Assembly (NCBI GenBank): GCA_947170195.1
Contig: CAMVSS010000001.1
Coordinates: forward strand, 2,371-66,370
DNA from: an uncultured Treponema sp.
Lineage (GTDB): Bacteria > Spirochaetota > Spirochaetia > Treponematales > Treponemataceae
Length of the DNA stretch: 64,000 bases
Direction of reading: 5' to 3'
Of the stretch, positions 29,250-38,622 are shown one piece after another. The notes under the pieces are model-generated. The model ran no database searches. It saw nothing but the letters and a program-made list of their open reading frames with translations, and was not told where the DNA came from. Position numbers and translations under genes: made by a program. Each line of letters opens with the position of its first letter. Positions within the stretch are counted from its first letter, which is position 1.

Positions 29250-30173
29250 CTAAATCTTTATGAAGCTGGTCGGACCGATGCTTTTTAAAGGCAAATCCAT
29301 TCCGAAAATTGTTTCGGAGTGACCCAAAAATAGATATCCGCCTGGGATAAGGTGATCCGTCAGCTTTCTGATTACAGCTTCCTGTGTCGGTTTGTCAAAA
29401 TAGATCAGGACGTTCCTGCAGAAGATGATGTGCTTTTTCTCCTGAATCGGATAGGAGCTGTCCATGAAGTTTAACCGAGCGAATTTGACTTTTTCCCGGA
29501 TTTCTGGCTTGAGCCGCACTGTCGCATCCTGAGAATTCGCAGTGTTTTTGCTTTTTAAGAAATAGCGTTTTTTCAGTTCGTAGCTTATGTTTGCCACGCT
29601 GTTGAACGGGTATACTGCGAGCTGAGCCTTGTCGAGCACGCGCGAAGAAATATCCGTGGCAAGAACCGAAAAATCTATGATTTTACCGGGATGTTTTCTC
29701 AAAAACTCGGACATGACGATTGAGAGGGTGTAAGGTTCCTCCCCGCTCGAGCAGCCAGCCGACCAAAGCTCCACCTTTTTAATACCTCTGTCGATGAGGT
29801 CTGGCAGTGCTTTTTGGGTTACTATTTCGAAATGCTGATTTTCGCGGAAGAAATTCGTGAGGTTTGTTGTGATGACATTTATCATCAGCGCGATTTCCTC
29901 GTCGCTTTCTTCTCCGCCAGCAAAAACAAACTGAATGTAGTCGTCGAAATTGTTTATGTTAAGAGCTTTGAGACGTGCCTGAAGCCTGGACTGAACCATA
30001 ATCTTTTTTTGAGCAGGCATTTTTATTCCGACATTTGTCTGGATGAAATTTGCAATTTTATTGAACTGAGCGTCCGTGATTTCAGACGGCGCATTGAGAA
30101 AAGCTGTCTGCTCGGACAGAGAGAGAGAATCTTTTGCTGTTGTTTTCAATTCGCTCGTTTCCAGCTCGCTCAT
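29250..30173 (-). CDS. cheR: chemotaxis methyltransferase CheR
   Basis: TTNLTNFFRE, WSAGCSSGEEPY, ATDIS, IFCRNVLIYFD, LGHSE. Confidence 0.97.
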   Translation of the reverse strand: MSELETSELKTTAKDSLSLSEQTAFLNAPSEITDAQFNKIANFIQTNVGIKMPAQKKIMVQSRLQARLKALNINNFDDYIQFVFAGGEESDEEIALMINVITTNLTNFFRENQHFEIVTQKALPDLIDRGIKKVELWSAGCSSGEEPYTLSIVMSEFLRKHPGKIIDFSVLATDISSRVLDKAQLAVYPFNSVANISYELKKRYFLKSKNTANSQDATVRLKPEIREKVKFARLNFMDSSYPIQEKKHIIFCRNVLIYFDKPTQEAVIRKLTDHLIPGGYLFLGHSETIFGMDLPLKSIGPTSFIKI

Positions 30174-32287
30174 TCCTGCTCCTTTTCGATTATGTGCAGG
30201 AGGTCGGTCAGTTTAAGCACATCGAGAATCAATGCTACAGAACCATCTCCAAGGATTGAGGAACCATTTATGCCCGTACAGTTGTTGAACAGTTTTCCGA
30301 GCGGTTTTATTACAGTCTGGTTGCTTCCGAGAATTTTATCCACGACGAGACCGATTACTCTGTCACCGTCGTACACCGAAACTATTTCCTGTTTTGCCGG
30401 ATAGTCCGATTCGCTTTTGAAGAATTTTCGCAGGTTGATGCACTTTAAATCTTTTCCGTGAAGCGTTGTCGTAAGAATCAGGTCGTTTTTCTTTTTTGGA
30501 TCAGCCTGGAATGTCATACATTCTGCAATCGTATTGAGCGGAACTATGTAGCGCGTGTTGTTGATTGTTGTGAGCATGCCATCGATGATTGCGAGCGTGA
30601 GAGGAATCTTTAAGATGAAAGACGTTCCCTTGCCCTTTTTTGTTTCGATTGAGACAGAACCACCGAGAGTCGCAATGTCTTTTTTTACTACATCAAGACC
30701 AACGCCACGGCCAGATATTGAAGTTACCTGCTTTGCCGTTGAGAATCCCGGCTGGAAAATAAGATTGTAAATTTCGTTGTCAGAAAGATTGTCTTTTTCG
30801 CTGATAAGCCCTTTCTGAATTCCTTTTGCGCGTACAGCTTCTTTGTCGAGTCCGCGTCCGTCATCGGTGATCGTTATGAGTATGAATGCTCCGACGTGGC
30901 GTGCTGACAGTGTGACATGTCCCATCGGATCTTTTGACATAGCAGCTCGCTCGACCGGCATTTCAACACCGTGGTCGACGGAATTTCGTATGAGGTGAAG
31001 TAAAGGATCGTTCAGCTTTTCGATGACAGTCTTGTCCAGCTCAGTTTCAGCACCTTCTGTAATCATTTCGATGTTTTTTCCGAGCTGATGCGCGAGATCG
31101 TGTACCGTACGGCGGAATCTTGAGAAAAGTGTGCTGATCGGAACCATGCGCAATCCCATTGAAGAATCTCTCAGCATGATGGAAATTCGTTCGCATTGCT
31201 CGCTCAAATTTTTTAGAGAAGTGTTTTCTGTAAGGATTGCCTGCTGCTCGAGGCGCGCGTTGAACGTTACCAGCTCCCCGACAAGATTTACAAGCTCGTC
31301 GAGTTTTGCCGAGCTGATTCGGACTGTCTGCTGAACGCCTGCTGCCGTCTGAGGTTGTCCGGTCGGAGAAAGTGAGCGCAGATGTTTTTGTTCCGCCAAT
31401 GCCGATTTTACCTGCTTTGTTGTGACAACATTTTCATCCACAAGAATTTCACCAAGCGGTTTGTGAGCATTAAGAACGGCGTCGAGATTTTCTTGAGATA
31501 TGTTGCCGCGGTTTACGAGAATTTCTCCGATTTTTGATTCTGTTCCGGCGACAAAGTTGATTTTTTCGACCTCGAACTTTGATTCAGCATCGAGGAAGAT
31601 AAATACGTCTTTTATGTCGTTTTCTGTTTTTGTGGTCGTTAAGATGATTTCCCAAGAGAAATAGCATGCTTCTTCGTCCAGCTTTGAAAGCTCTGGCAGC
31701 TCGTCGAAGAACGGCGTGATTGTTGCCGCTCCGAATTCGGAAAGTTCTTTTAGGAGCAGCTCCGGGCGCGTTCCGTTCTGCATTATTGTTTTTGACGGCC
31801 AGAATTTTATGCGGAAAGTATTGTTGTCTTTGTCTGAATTTGCCGCGGCAAGCTGAGCCTGAACCTTTTTTTGAGTCACGCTTGCGGATTCAGCTGAACT
31901 TCCGCCGTGCTTTGAGATGTAGACTTTGAATTCGAGGACGAGATTGTCAGAGGCTACCTTGATGTTTTCAGGAACTTCCGCACCTGCCTCGAGCATAAGT
32001 CTGAGGTGGTCGCGGGCTTTTAACAGAAGCTCGATGAGATCTGGTGTGACAGGAATGATTCCGTTGCGCACCTGATCCATTGTCGACTCAATTTCATGGG
32101 TGACAGAAGAAATATCGTTGAACCCGAACATTGCTGCCGAGCCTTTGATCGTGTGCATAGCCCTGAATACTGCTGATATCGTATCTGCATCGTTCGGATT
32201 GTCGCCCAAGGTGAGAAGCTGCTCCTCAAGGTTGTCCAGGAGTTCGTTTGCTTCGTCAAAGAAGACCGCGTTTAACTGCTCAAGCAT
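30170..32287 (-). CDS. cheA: chemotaxis histidine kinase CheA (with MshEN-like insert)
   Basis: Hpt FRAMHTIKG, HLIRNSVDHG, DDGRG, PGFSTA, SGRGVGLDVV, PLTLAI. ATG at 32287 follows GGAGGG. Confidence 0.97.
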   Translation of the reverse strand: MLEQLNAVFFDEANELLDNLEEQLLTLGDNPNDADTISAVFRAMHTIKGSAAMFGFNDISSVTHEIESTMDQVRNGIIPVTPDLIELLLKARDHLRLMLEAGAEVPENIKVASDNLVLEFKVYISKHGGSSAESASVTQKKVQAQLAAANSDKDNNTFRIKFWPSKTIMQNGTRPELLLKELSEFGAATITPFFDELPELSKLDEEACYFSWEIILTTTKTENDIKDVFIFLDAESKFEVEKINFVAGTESKIGEILVNRGNISQENLDAVLNAHKPLGEILVDENVVTTKQVKSALAEQKHLRSLSPTGQPQTAAGVQQTVRISSAKLDELVNLVGELVTFNARLEQQAILTENTSLKNLSEQCERISIMLRDSSMGLRMVPISTLFSRFRRTVHDLAHQLGKNIEMITEGAETELDKTVIEKLNDPLLHLIRNSVDHGVEMPVERAAMSKDPMGHVTLSARHVGAFILITITDDGRGLDKEAVRAKGIQKGLISEKDNLSDNEIYNLIFQPGFSTAKQVTSISGRGVGLDVVKKDIATLGGSVSIETKKGKGTSFILKIPLTLAIIDGMLTTINNTRYIVPLNTIAECMTFQADPKKKNDLILTTTLHGKDLKCINLRKFFKSESDYPAKQEIVSVYDGDRVIGLVVDKILGSNQTVIKPLGKLFNNCTGINGSSILGDGSVALILDVLKLTDLLHIIEKEQE

Positions 32288-32597
32288 TGGCACCCTCCGC
32301 TCTTGGAAGAGTATATTTATCCAGGGAAATTCCAGTGAGTGATATGAAATCTGAGATTTGTTTTGGTACGTTTCCTGCGATAAAAAATTGTTTATTCTGA
32401 CTTATTGCTTCCTTTTCTGCAGATACTATGATTTGAATGCCGGTTATATCGATGTCTTCAATTTGAGATATGTCCAGGAGAACTTTTGAATTGCCTTCGA
32501 ATGCTTTGAGGAGACCTTCTTTTAAAGAAAAAGCCTGCTCGATTCCTGCTGAGCCTTGCCATGTGACGGTTGAAAATTCGGACTTTTTTTCGGCCAT
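32280..32597 (-). CDS. STAS-domain protein of the chemotaxis operon
   Basis: MAEKK..LLDISQIEDIDITGIQII; overlaps the cheA start; RBS AGGAG. Confidence 0.85.
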   Translation of the reverse strand: MAEKKSEFSTVTWQGSAGIEQAFSLKEGLLKAFEGNSKVLLDISQIEDIDITGIQIIVSAEKEAISQNKQFFIAGNVPKQISDFISLTGISLDKYTLPRAEGANA

Positions 32598-32684
32598 TTC
32601 TTTATCTCTCCTATCTTTTTTGAATTTTATGCCGTATAATTCACATATACATATTATTTTAAGGCACTTTATGGGAGCAGTCAA

Positions 32685-33182
32685 ATGAAAGAAAATGACA
32701 TGAACGATGATTCTTACTTTTCATTTAATTTGGGCGACGGAATGTTTGCTGTTCCGGTCTCCCATGTAAAAGAAGTGATGGAGTTCACCGCGCTGACTCC
32801 GGTTCCAAATTCTCTGCCCTATCTTCTCGGAGTCATAAATATCCGCGGAAGCGTAATTTCCGTGGTAGATTTGCGTCGTTTGTTTGGATTTGCCCCGAGT
32901 GATGATTTGTCCCAGGCTTCTGTCATTGATATGGAGCTTCCTCAGGACGGAGATAAGCCTTTTGAGTTTTCGATTATTGCGGATAAAGTCGATGTCGTCA
33001 GCAGTCTTGCGATGATACCTGCTGATTCTGTTTCGTTCGGTATTCCGGAGGCTCAGCGAGATTTCGTTAAATCAGTTGCTCGCCGCGGAGATACTTTTAT
33101 TCTTGTGCTCGATTTGGAGAAAATCATTTCGTTTATAGAATTTGATGTTGAAAATACGGGTGCGGCTGGATTCTCAAAATAA
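32685..33182 (+). CDS. cheW: chemotaxis coupling protein CheW
   Basis: FAVPVSHVKEV..TPVPNSLPYLLGVINIRGSVISVVDLR. Confidence 0.92.
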   Translation: MKENDMNDDSYFSFNLGDGMFAVPVSHVKEVMEFTALTPVPNSLPYLLGVINIRGSVISVVDLRRLFGFAPSDDLSQASVIDMELPQDGDKPFEFSIIADKVDVVSSLAMIPADSVSFGIPEAQRDFVKSVARRGDTFILVLDLEKIISFIEFDVENTGAAGFSK

Positions 33183-33211
33183 GGGCTGTGCGCAAGGCTG
33201 GAGAAGCCCTT
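33181..33211. terminator. hairpin between convergent cheW and cheD
   Basis: AAGGGCT...AGCCCTT. Confidence 0.45.
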
Positions 33212-33803
33212 AATCATCCGGGAAGAGATTTTTGACCGCTGTTACTTTTAAATTCTCGAGGTAGAGAGTCTCTTTTGTCTCAAGATTTGAATTTTCGAGA
33301 CGGCTGTTCTGAATGTATTTCAAGTATACTTTCGAGGTCGCCGGATCAAAAAAAATCTTTCGCGGAAGATTTCCGCCGGTGTTTGACATTGAGACAGGAA
33401 TCCCCTTTTGCTTCAAGTATTCGAATGCGAATTTTATGTTTACGTCACCGACCTGGGCACCGCTCGTCGCCGGAAGATTAAAGACATTGCTTCCTCCGAA
33501 GACTTTTGCGGTCATCCGTTCAAGCGGCACACCTTTCTTTTTTAGGTCATTGATCAGAAGGTCTATTGCGTATTCCCCGAATTTTCCCATAAGTCGGTCG
33601 CCCTCGTCCGTGTCGAGGGAACAATCTTTTGCGAGCATAAAATGATTCAGCCCGCCGATTTTTTTTTCCTCGTCGAAGAGGGCGATGCTTATGCATGAGC
33701 CGAGAACTGTAGAAATCAATTCTGTACCGGACGTGGAATAAAATTCCCCGGGATAAATCGTTACTACCTTTTTGTTAAAGTGAAAGTCAAAATACTCATT
33801 CAT
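33210..33803 (-). CDS. cheD: chemoreceptor glutamine deamidase CheD
   Basis: PGE, STVLGSCI, GGLNHFML, AKVFGG, TGG..RKIFF. Confidence 0.95.
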   Translation of the reverse strand: MNEYFDFHFNKKVVTIYPGEFYSTSGTELISTVLGSCISIALFDEEKKIGGLNHFMLAKDCSLDTDEGDRLMGKFGEYAIDLLINDLKKKGVPLERMTAKVFGGSNVFNLPATSGAQVGDVNIKFAFEYLKQKGIPVSMSNTGGNLPRKIFFDPATSKVYLKYIQNSRLENSNLETKETLYLENLKVTAVKNLFPDD

Positions 33804-33806
33804 TTT

Positions 33807-35525
33807 TTAGAAGAACGTAATTTCTCCAGATTCAGATCCTTTCTCAATATTGAAACCGCCGATTTTTCCTGCGACCTCTTTATGAGCGGTAATAGTAAAA
33901 TTTTTTATTAATTCGCTGAACTGGCTGTTTTTGATGTCCCACTCACTGATGTTTCTTTCCTGCAAAATCTGCTCTTTTCTAGCGATCAGCTCTTTCTGAG
34001 ATTCTTTAAGCTTCAAAACGAAATCATTGATGTTATTACTGATTTTCTTAAGGTTTTGAAGATCCTGCTGAACAACAACGCACTTCTGCTGGAATCCCTC
34101 CGGGAAGACGGTGAAATTCTGAATGATAGAAGAAAGCGTTTTTTGTCCGATTTTCATTTCCTCAAAGAATTTTGATTTTTCGTTCTTGAGGGTAATCATA
34201 TTGTCGTTGTCTTTTGCAATAGAACTGTTGAAAGTTGAGATCATTACACCCGTGTCTGTGATGAAGTTTTCGAGGAGAGCCTGCATCGTGTCGAGTGATT
34301 CGTTTGCCGAGTTGATCAGGTTGTCCATGTCCGTTACTGAATCCTGAACCGATTTGATAGCGTCGTTTTTTGAAACTTCAATCTGCTGCAAGATTCTTAC
34401 GTGATGCAATCGGCTCATTACCGGTCGCAAATTATCGAATACCGCATAAATTGTGCGCGCGCGGGCTGTGATGTTCTGCGTTGTATGAATCAGATCCTTT
34501 TGAACGATGTGGTAGTTGTTGAATTCTTCGAGCATAGCCTCGAATTCCTGAATGATTGCTGTGAGACGTCGGTCGATATTTTCTGTGCTGACGCTGTAAT
34601 CCGCGAGGAATCGGCGTTCGAAATCGTTTTTCTCATCTTCGATTTTGTCGAGCAGCTCGATTACTTCATTCCAGTTCGAGTCGAACGATTCAGAACTCTG
34701 ATTTACATGCTTGTTTATGTCTTCCAGAACGTCGCATGCGAGCTCGTAAAGCGCGATATTGAAAGAAACGAAGTCCAGTTCTTCATCACTGCCAGCTACA
34801 GGCGGCTTTGGCTTGCTGATTTCTTTGATGCAGCTCTGTACGTGTTCGAGTGACTGCCGGATTATGTCCTGAAGCTGGAGGCCTTCCATTGCTTTCTGGA
34901 TAGGAAGATAAATTTCATCTACATCTGATTCCATAGTTGAGAGCGGAAGAGATACTGTCGAGATGAGTTTTTGAATATCTGAAGAGCCTGAAGAACCTTT
35001 TGCTGAAAGTTTCTTTTGCGAGTCGATTATTCCTGAGAAGATAGATTTCAATACGTTGATGAACGAAAGCAGCTGGTTTTCTTCTTCGCTGAGCTTGTCG
35101 GAGAAGAGGAACATGTCGTTTGAAAGTCTCTGGAGGTTTTCTGTGATTCGGCTGAATGCCTGTCCTTTTTCACCAGATTTGATCGAGATGACCATTGCGT
35201 TAAGGGCGATCAGCTCCATTTGCTCCGAGTCTTCTTTTATTTCTGCGATCATTTTGTCGATTTTTTTGAGGTCGGTGATTTTTTCGTTGAGTTTATCGAA
35301 CAGCGGTGTGTATTTTGTTCCGTAATCCGCGAACATTTCCTGCTCGGTTTTTGAGGAATTTGTGTTTCCATTGCTCAGTGTTGAGAGCATTTTTTCAAGC
35401 TCGAGAAGCGAAGTGCCGCCTTTTTTATTGAGCAGCGACGGGAAAAGATTTCCTAATTCCAAAAAGATTGCTTCTGAATCTGAGCTTATTTTATTGATTT
35501 GAGCCAAAGTCTCTTCTAATTCCAT
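33807..35525 (-). CDS. soluble coiled-coil chemotaxis protein (divergent MCP-signal-like with CheZ-like DxxxQ motif)
   Basis: No TM. MELIALNAMVISIKSGEKGQAF resembles the MCP hairpin tip; LQLQDIIRQSLEHV; C-terminal GEITFF. Confidence 0.72.
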   Translation of the reverse strand: MELEETLAQINKISSDSEAIFLELGNLFPSLLNKKGGTSLLELEKMLSTLSNGNTNSSKTEQEMFADYGTKYTPLFDKLNEKITDLKKIDKMIAEIKEDSEQMELIALNAMVISIKSGEKGQAFSRITENLQRLSNDMFLFSDKLSEEENQLLSFINVLKSIFSGIIDSQKKLSAKGSSGSSDIQKLISTVSLPLSTMESDVDEIYLPIQKAMEGLQLQDIIRQSLEHVQSCIKEISKPKPPVAGSDEELDFVSFNIALYELACDVLEDINKHVNQSSESFDSNWNEVIELLDKIEDEKNDFERRFLADYSVSTENIDRRLTAIIQEFEAMLEEFNNYHIVQKDLIHTTQNITARARTIYAVFDNLRPVMSRLHHVRILQQIEVSKNDAIKSVQDSVTDMDNLINSANESLDTMQALLENFITDTGVMISTFNSSIAKDNDNMITLKNEKSKFFEEMKIGQKTLSSIIQNFTVFPEGFQQKCVVVQQDLQNLKKISNNINDFVLKLKESQKELIARKEQILQERNISEWDIKNSQFSELIKNFTITAHKEVAGKIGGFNIEKGSESGEITFF

Positions 35526-35529
35526 TTTT

Positions 35530-36543
35530 TTATTCCTCGTATTCTAAAATGTCATTTTCTTCTGTTGATTCATCAAATTCTTCTGAAAGAACCTGAAGGT
35601 CGTCCTCATTTATATCAGCATCATAAGATTCAAGTTCATTGTATTCGTATGTATGCTGAAGGATTCTCTGAGATGCGGTTTGCACAGCACGAACAAACTG
35701 ACACTCAGGGTCGGAAATTGCCAGAGGTGTTCTCAGGGCAACGGCAAGGCTGATTTTTTCGTCTTTCGGCAGAAATCCAACGAAGTCCATTTTTAGACCC
35801 AGTTTTTTTTGCACGAGCGCACGAAGTCGTTTTGCCATCTCCAGATCATCTGAAGTTGAACCCATATTGATGATAACTTGCGGCCTGAATTTCTCAAGTT
35901 CGGCAAGCGGCTGCTGACAACTTTCTTTAAAATTTTCGGCAGTTTTTTGAACAAGCTCAACAAAAGATGTTTCAGTTCCTGATGAACTTGTTTTAAGAAA
36001 TTCGTCTATGAATTTTCGTTCGTCGCTTCGGGCTTTAAATTGGCGCATGAAGAAGCGGAACGATGCGGCTTTTAGAAATGAATATGCGTTTAGGATGGAA
36101 GTCAGTTCCGGAGTTGAGACCAGGATGGAATTGTAGGTCATCAAATAGAAATCCAGCGTGTTGTAAGTTGTTCCCGCTCCCAGATCGAGGATTACATAGT
36201 CTGCATCGAGGGCGTTAAGTTTTCTGATTACCCGCTTTTTTGTGCCTGCATCCATGTTTGCTGTTCCCGGATAGAGGCAGTCCCCGGCTATAAATCTTAA
36301 TCCCGGGATTCCTGTGTATTGAAGCAGGTCGGAAAGTTCCGCTGTCTGCTTATAGATAAAATTTCCCATGCCTGCGTGGTTGTTTTTGAGACCGAGAAGC
36401 GTATGCAAGTTTGCTCCGCCAAAGTCAAAATCGGCAAGAACGACATTTTTTCCGCTTTTTGCAAGTGTGATCGCAAGATTTACGGCTGTGGCACTCTTTC
36501 CAACACCACCTTTTCCGCTCGCAATCGGGAGAATATTTACCAT
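35530..36543 (-). CDS. MinD/FlhG-like P-loop ATPase
   Basis: ASGKGGVGKS, DFDFGGANLHTLLG, LDLGAG, PELTSILNAY; acidic C-terminal tail. Confidence 0.88.
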   Translation of the reverse strand: MVNILPIASGKGGVGKSATAVNLAITLAKSGKNVVLADFDFGGANLHTLLGLKNNHAGMGNFIYKQTAELSDLLQYTGIPGLRFIAGDCLYPGTANMDAGTKKRVIRKLNALDADYVILDLGAGTTYNTLDFYLMTYNSILVSTPELTSILNAYSFLKAASFRFFMRQFKARSDERKFIDEFLKTSSSGTETSFVELVQKTAENFKESCQQPLAELEKFRPQVIINMGSTSDDLEMAKRLRALVQKKLGLKMDFVGFLPKDEKISLAVALRTPLAISDPECQFVRAVQTASQRILQHTYEYNELESYDADINEDDLQVLSEEFDESTEENDILEYEE

Positions 36544-36638
36544 AGAATAAAATTATAAGAGTAAAAAATAGAATTTACAACAAAATATGAGGTCTGCAGC
36601 GTAGATTTTTTGAACTTCAGTCTTTATTATCAGTTGGT

Positions 36639-37271
36639 ATGAAAAAACGAATTTTTGAGATTGCAGCGATATTTTTTTTATGTATATTTTTCCCGATTCT
36701 TTTAGAATCTTGTTCCAAACCCGGAGATTTGACGATTCACAGGGCGATGAAAGCGTATCAAAGTCAAAATTTTGATGAGGCGCTGGAGCTTTTCAACACC
36801 GCGCTTACTGAGGAGACAAACTATCATCAGGAATCGATTTATAACTTTATCTCGGCGATTTATTCCGGGCAGGGCGATTTAGAAAATTCTGTTGTGTATG
36901 CCGAAAAAGCCCTTGCTTTGCGACCGGACTATCGCGGCTATGTTACTCTCGGCAGAAATTATCACCTGATCGGAAACGATGAAAAGGCCGAGGAAAACTA
37001 CAAAAAAGCAATCGAGCTGAATCCGAAGAAGGGCGAGGCTTATGCGAGCTTCGGCGCACTTTTGTTGGGACAGAAAAAATATGCCGATGCGGTCACGGCT
37101 CTTGAGACCGCAACTGATTTTGAGCCTAAAATCGCAGTGATTCATGCTAATCTCGCAATTGCCTATCATTTTGTCGGCGAAACAGAAAAATCTGAAGCCG
37201 AATTCAAAAAAGCGGAAGAGCTGAAATGCGAAAATCTCGATGAATTCCGCGAAAGAATAAATGAAGAATAA
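36639..37271 (+). CDS. TPR-repeat lipoprotein
   Basis: Lipobox-like LLESC; TPR motifs such as AEENYKKAIELNP. Confidence 0.85.
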   Translation: MKKRIFEIAAIFFLCIFFPILLESCSKPGDLTIHRAMKAYQSQNFDEALELFNTALTEETNYHQESIYNFISAIYSGQGDLENSVVYAEKALALRPDYRGYVTLGRNYHLIGNDEKAEENYKKAIELNPKKGEAYASFGALLLGQKKYADAVTALETATDFEPKIAVIHANLAIAYHFVGETEKSEAEFKKAEELKCENLDEFRERINEE

Positions 37272-37288
37272 AAAGAATTAAAAACTTG

Positions 37289-37349
37289 TTGACAATGTTA
37301 CCGATTGTTCGATATATTAACGTTACCGAACAATCGGTAACGTTAATAT
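37289..37349 (+). promoter_or_regulatory. sigma70 promoter overlapped by a TetR-type operator
   Basis: TTGACA 37289, TATATT 37313; perfect 16-bp inverted repeat ATATTAACGTTACCGA-N4-TCGGTAACGTTAATAT (37314-37349); extra site GTTACCGATTGTTCG at 37297. Confidence 0.82.
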
Positions 37350-38622
37350 GAAAAAGACACTTTCGGAAAAATCAACAAAAATTCTCATTCTCGAAGCTGC
37401 GTTTTCTTTTTTTGAGCAGCCGTACTATAAAGATTTTTCTTTGAGTGAAATCGCTCAGAAAGTCGGCATAACGAAACCTGCGATTTACAGACATTTCAAG
37501 AGCAAAGAGCAAATCCTTGATGCGATGCGCGAGCATTTTATCGATATTTTGGCGGATTTGTTTCTTGGAATGCAGGCAAGTGAATCTGAAAATGCTGTCC
37601 GCGCAATGCTTTCAAAGATAATTTGTTTTTTTGCGAACAATCCTCAGTTCATCAATTACTACATTCTTCAGATGTCGGCAAAGAACGGAAACCTTTTTGA
37701 GAAAAACGTTTATTTTGGACTTTTGGAGCGCGGAGTAAAAAAAGAAGAAAATGTGTTTGCCGTGATGTATCCTTTCACCGAGGCGCGCACATCCATTACT
37801 CAATCGATTTTTTCAGGTTCCACAATCCTGTTTTTTATAAAGGTTCTTAGGGATTACATCGACAGAGGAATCTTTTGTTCTGACATGGAGCGTTTTTCGG
37901 AGAAGCTTATTGATTTTTTATATTCAGGGGTGAGTGGGCTTGTTTCTGAAGATGGCGCTGCTTATCTGAAAGAGCTGTCTGCGGAGCGCAGGAAAGAGCT
38001 TAATGAGATTTGTAGTTTTTCACCGGATTTGCTGCCTCCTCAGGACAGAATTTTTAATGCATTTGCTACGGTTATTCAGAACAACGGCTTGAACGGCGTT
38101 ACGGTCGAAAAAATTGCCGCCGAGCTGAACATGGCAAAAAGCAGCCTCTATTTTTATTTTAAGGACAAAAATCAGATGATTCGTTCCTTGATTTTGGAGG
38201 AACTTCAGCTGCTGAATATTATTGTTTCCGAAAACATCTCCGAGGCAAAGAATTATTCGGAGTACATATATATAGCGATGAAGACAGAGCTGAATTTTTT
38301 CAAGTACAGAGAATCTGTAATTTCTATGTGCAGCTGGCTTTTGCAGACGAGCACGGAAAATCCGTTCGATGACGAATGTGAGATCTCAAATATCTGGGAA
38401 AAAAAGATCGGCGCATTTCTTCAGGAAAAGTATTTTGGATTCCCGATGCGGCCCGAAATCCTTACGTTCTGGATCGGAATGCTCCCGGTTGTGCTCGTTT
38501 TGCTTATGAAGAAAAAAAATCTTACGGAACATGAGCAGGAAGATGCTTTTGAGGACTTCTTTGAGTATGTTCAGTTTGGAGTAAATAAAATCGAAAGAGG
38601 AGAAGGTAAAAAGGATGAGTAG
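37348..38622 (+). CDS. tandem (double) TetR/AcrR-family regulator
   Basis: Two TetR HTHs: SLSEIAQKVGITKPAIYRHFKSK and TVEKIAAELNMAKSSLYFYFKDK. Confidence 0.9.
   Translation: MKKTLSEKSTKILILEAAFSFFEQPYYKDFSLSEIAQKVGITKPAIYRHFKSKEQILDAMREHFIDILADLFLGMQASESENAVRAMLSKIICFFANNPQFINYYILQMSAKNGNLFEKNVYFGLLERGVKKEENVFAVMYPFTEARTSITQSIFSGSTILFFIKVLRDYIDRGIFCSDMERFSEKLIDFLYSGVSGLVSEDGAAYLKELSAERRKELNEICSFSPDLLPPQDRIFNAFATVIQNNGLNGVTVEKIAAELNMAKSSLYFYFKDKNQMIRSLILEELQLLNIIVSENISEAKNYSEYIYIAMKTELNFFKYRESVISMCSWLLQTSTENPFDDECEISNIWEKKIGAFLQEKYFGFPMRPEILTFWIGMLPVVLVLLMKKKNLTEHEQEDAFEDFFEYVQFGVNKIERGEGKKDE

Noticed and set aside
32598-32684. sigma28 promoter for the che operon (GCCGTATA)
   Set aside because: No TAAA/TCAA -35 element at the correct spacing; not supportable.
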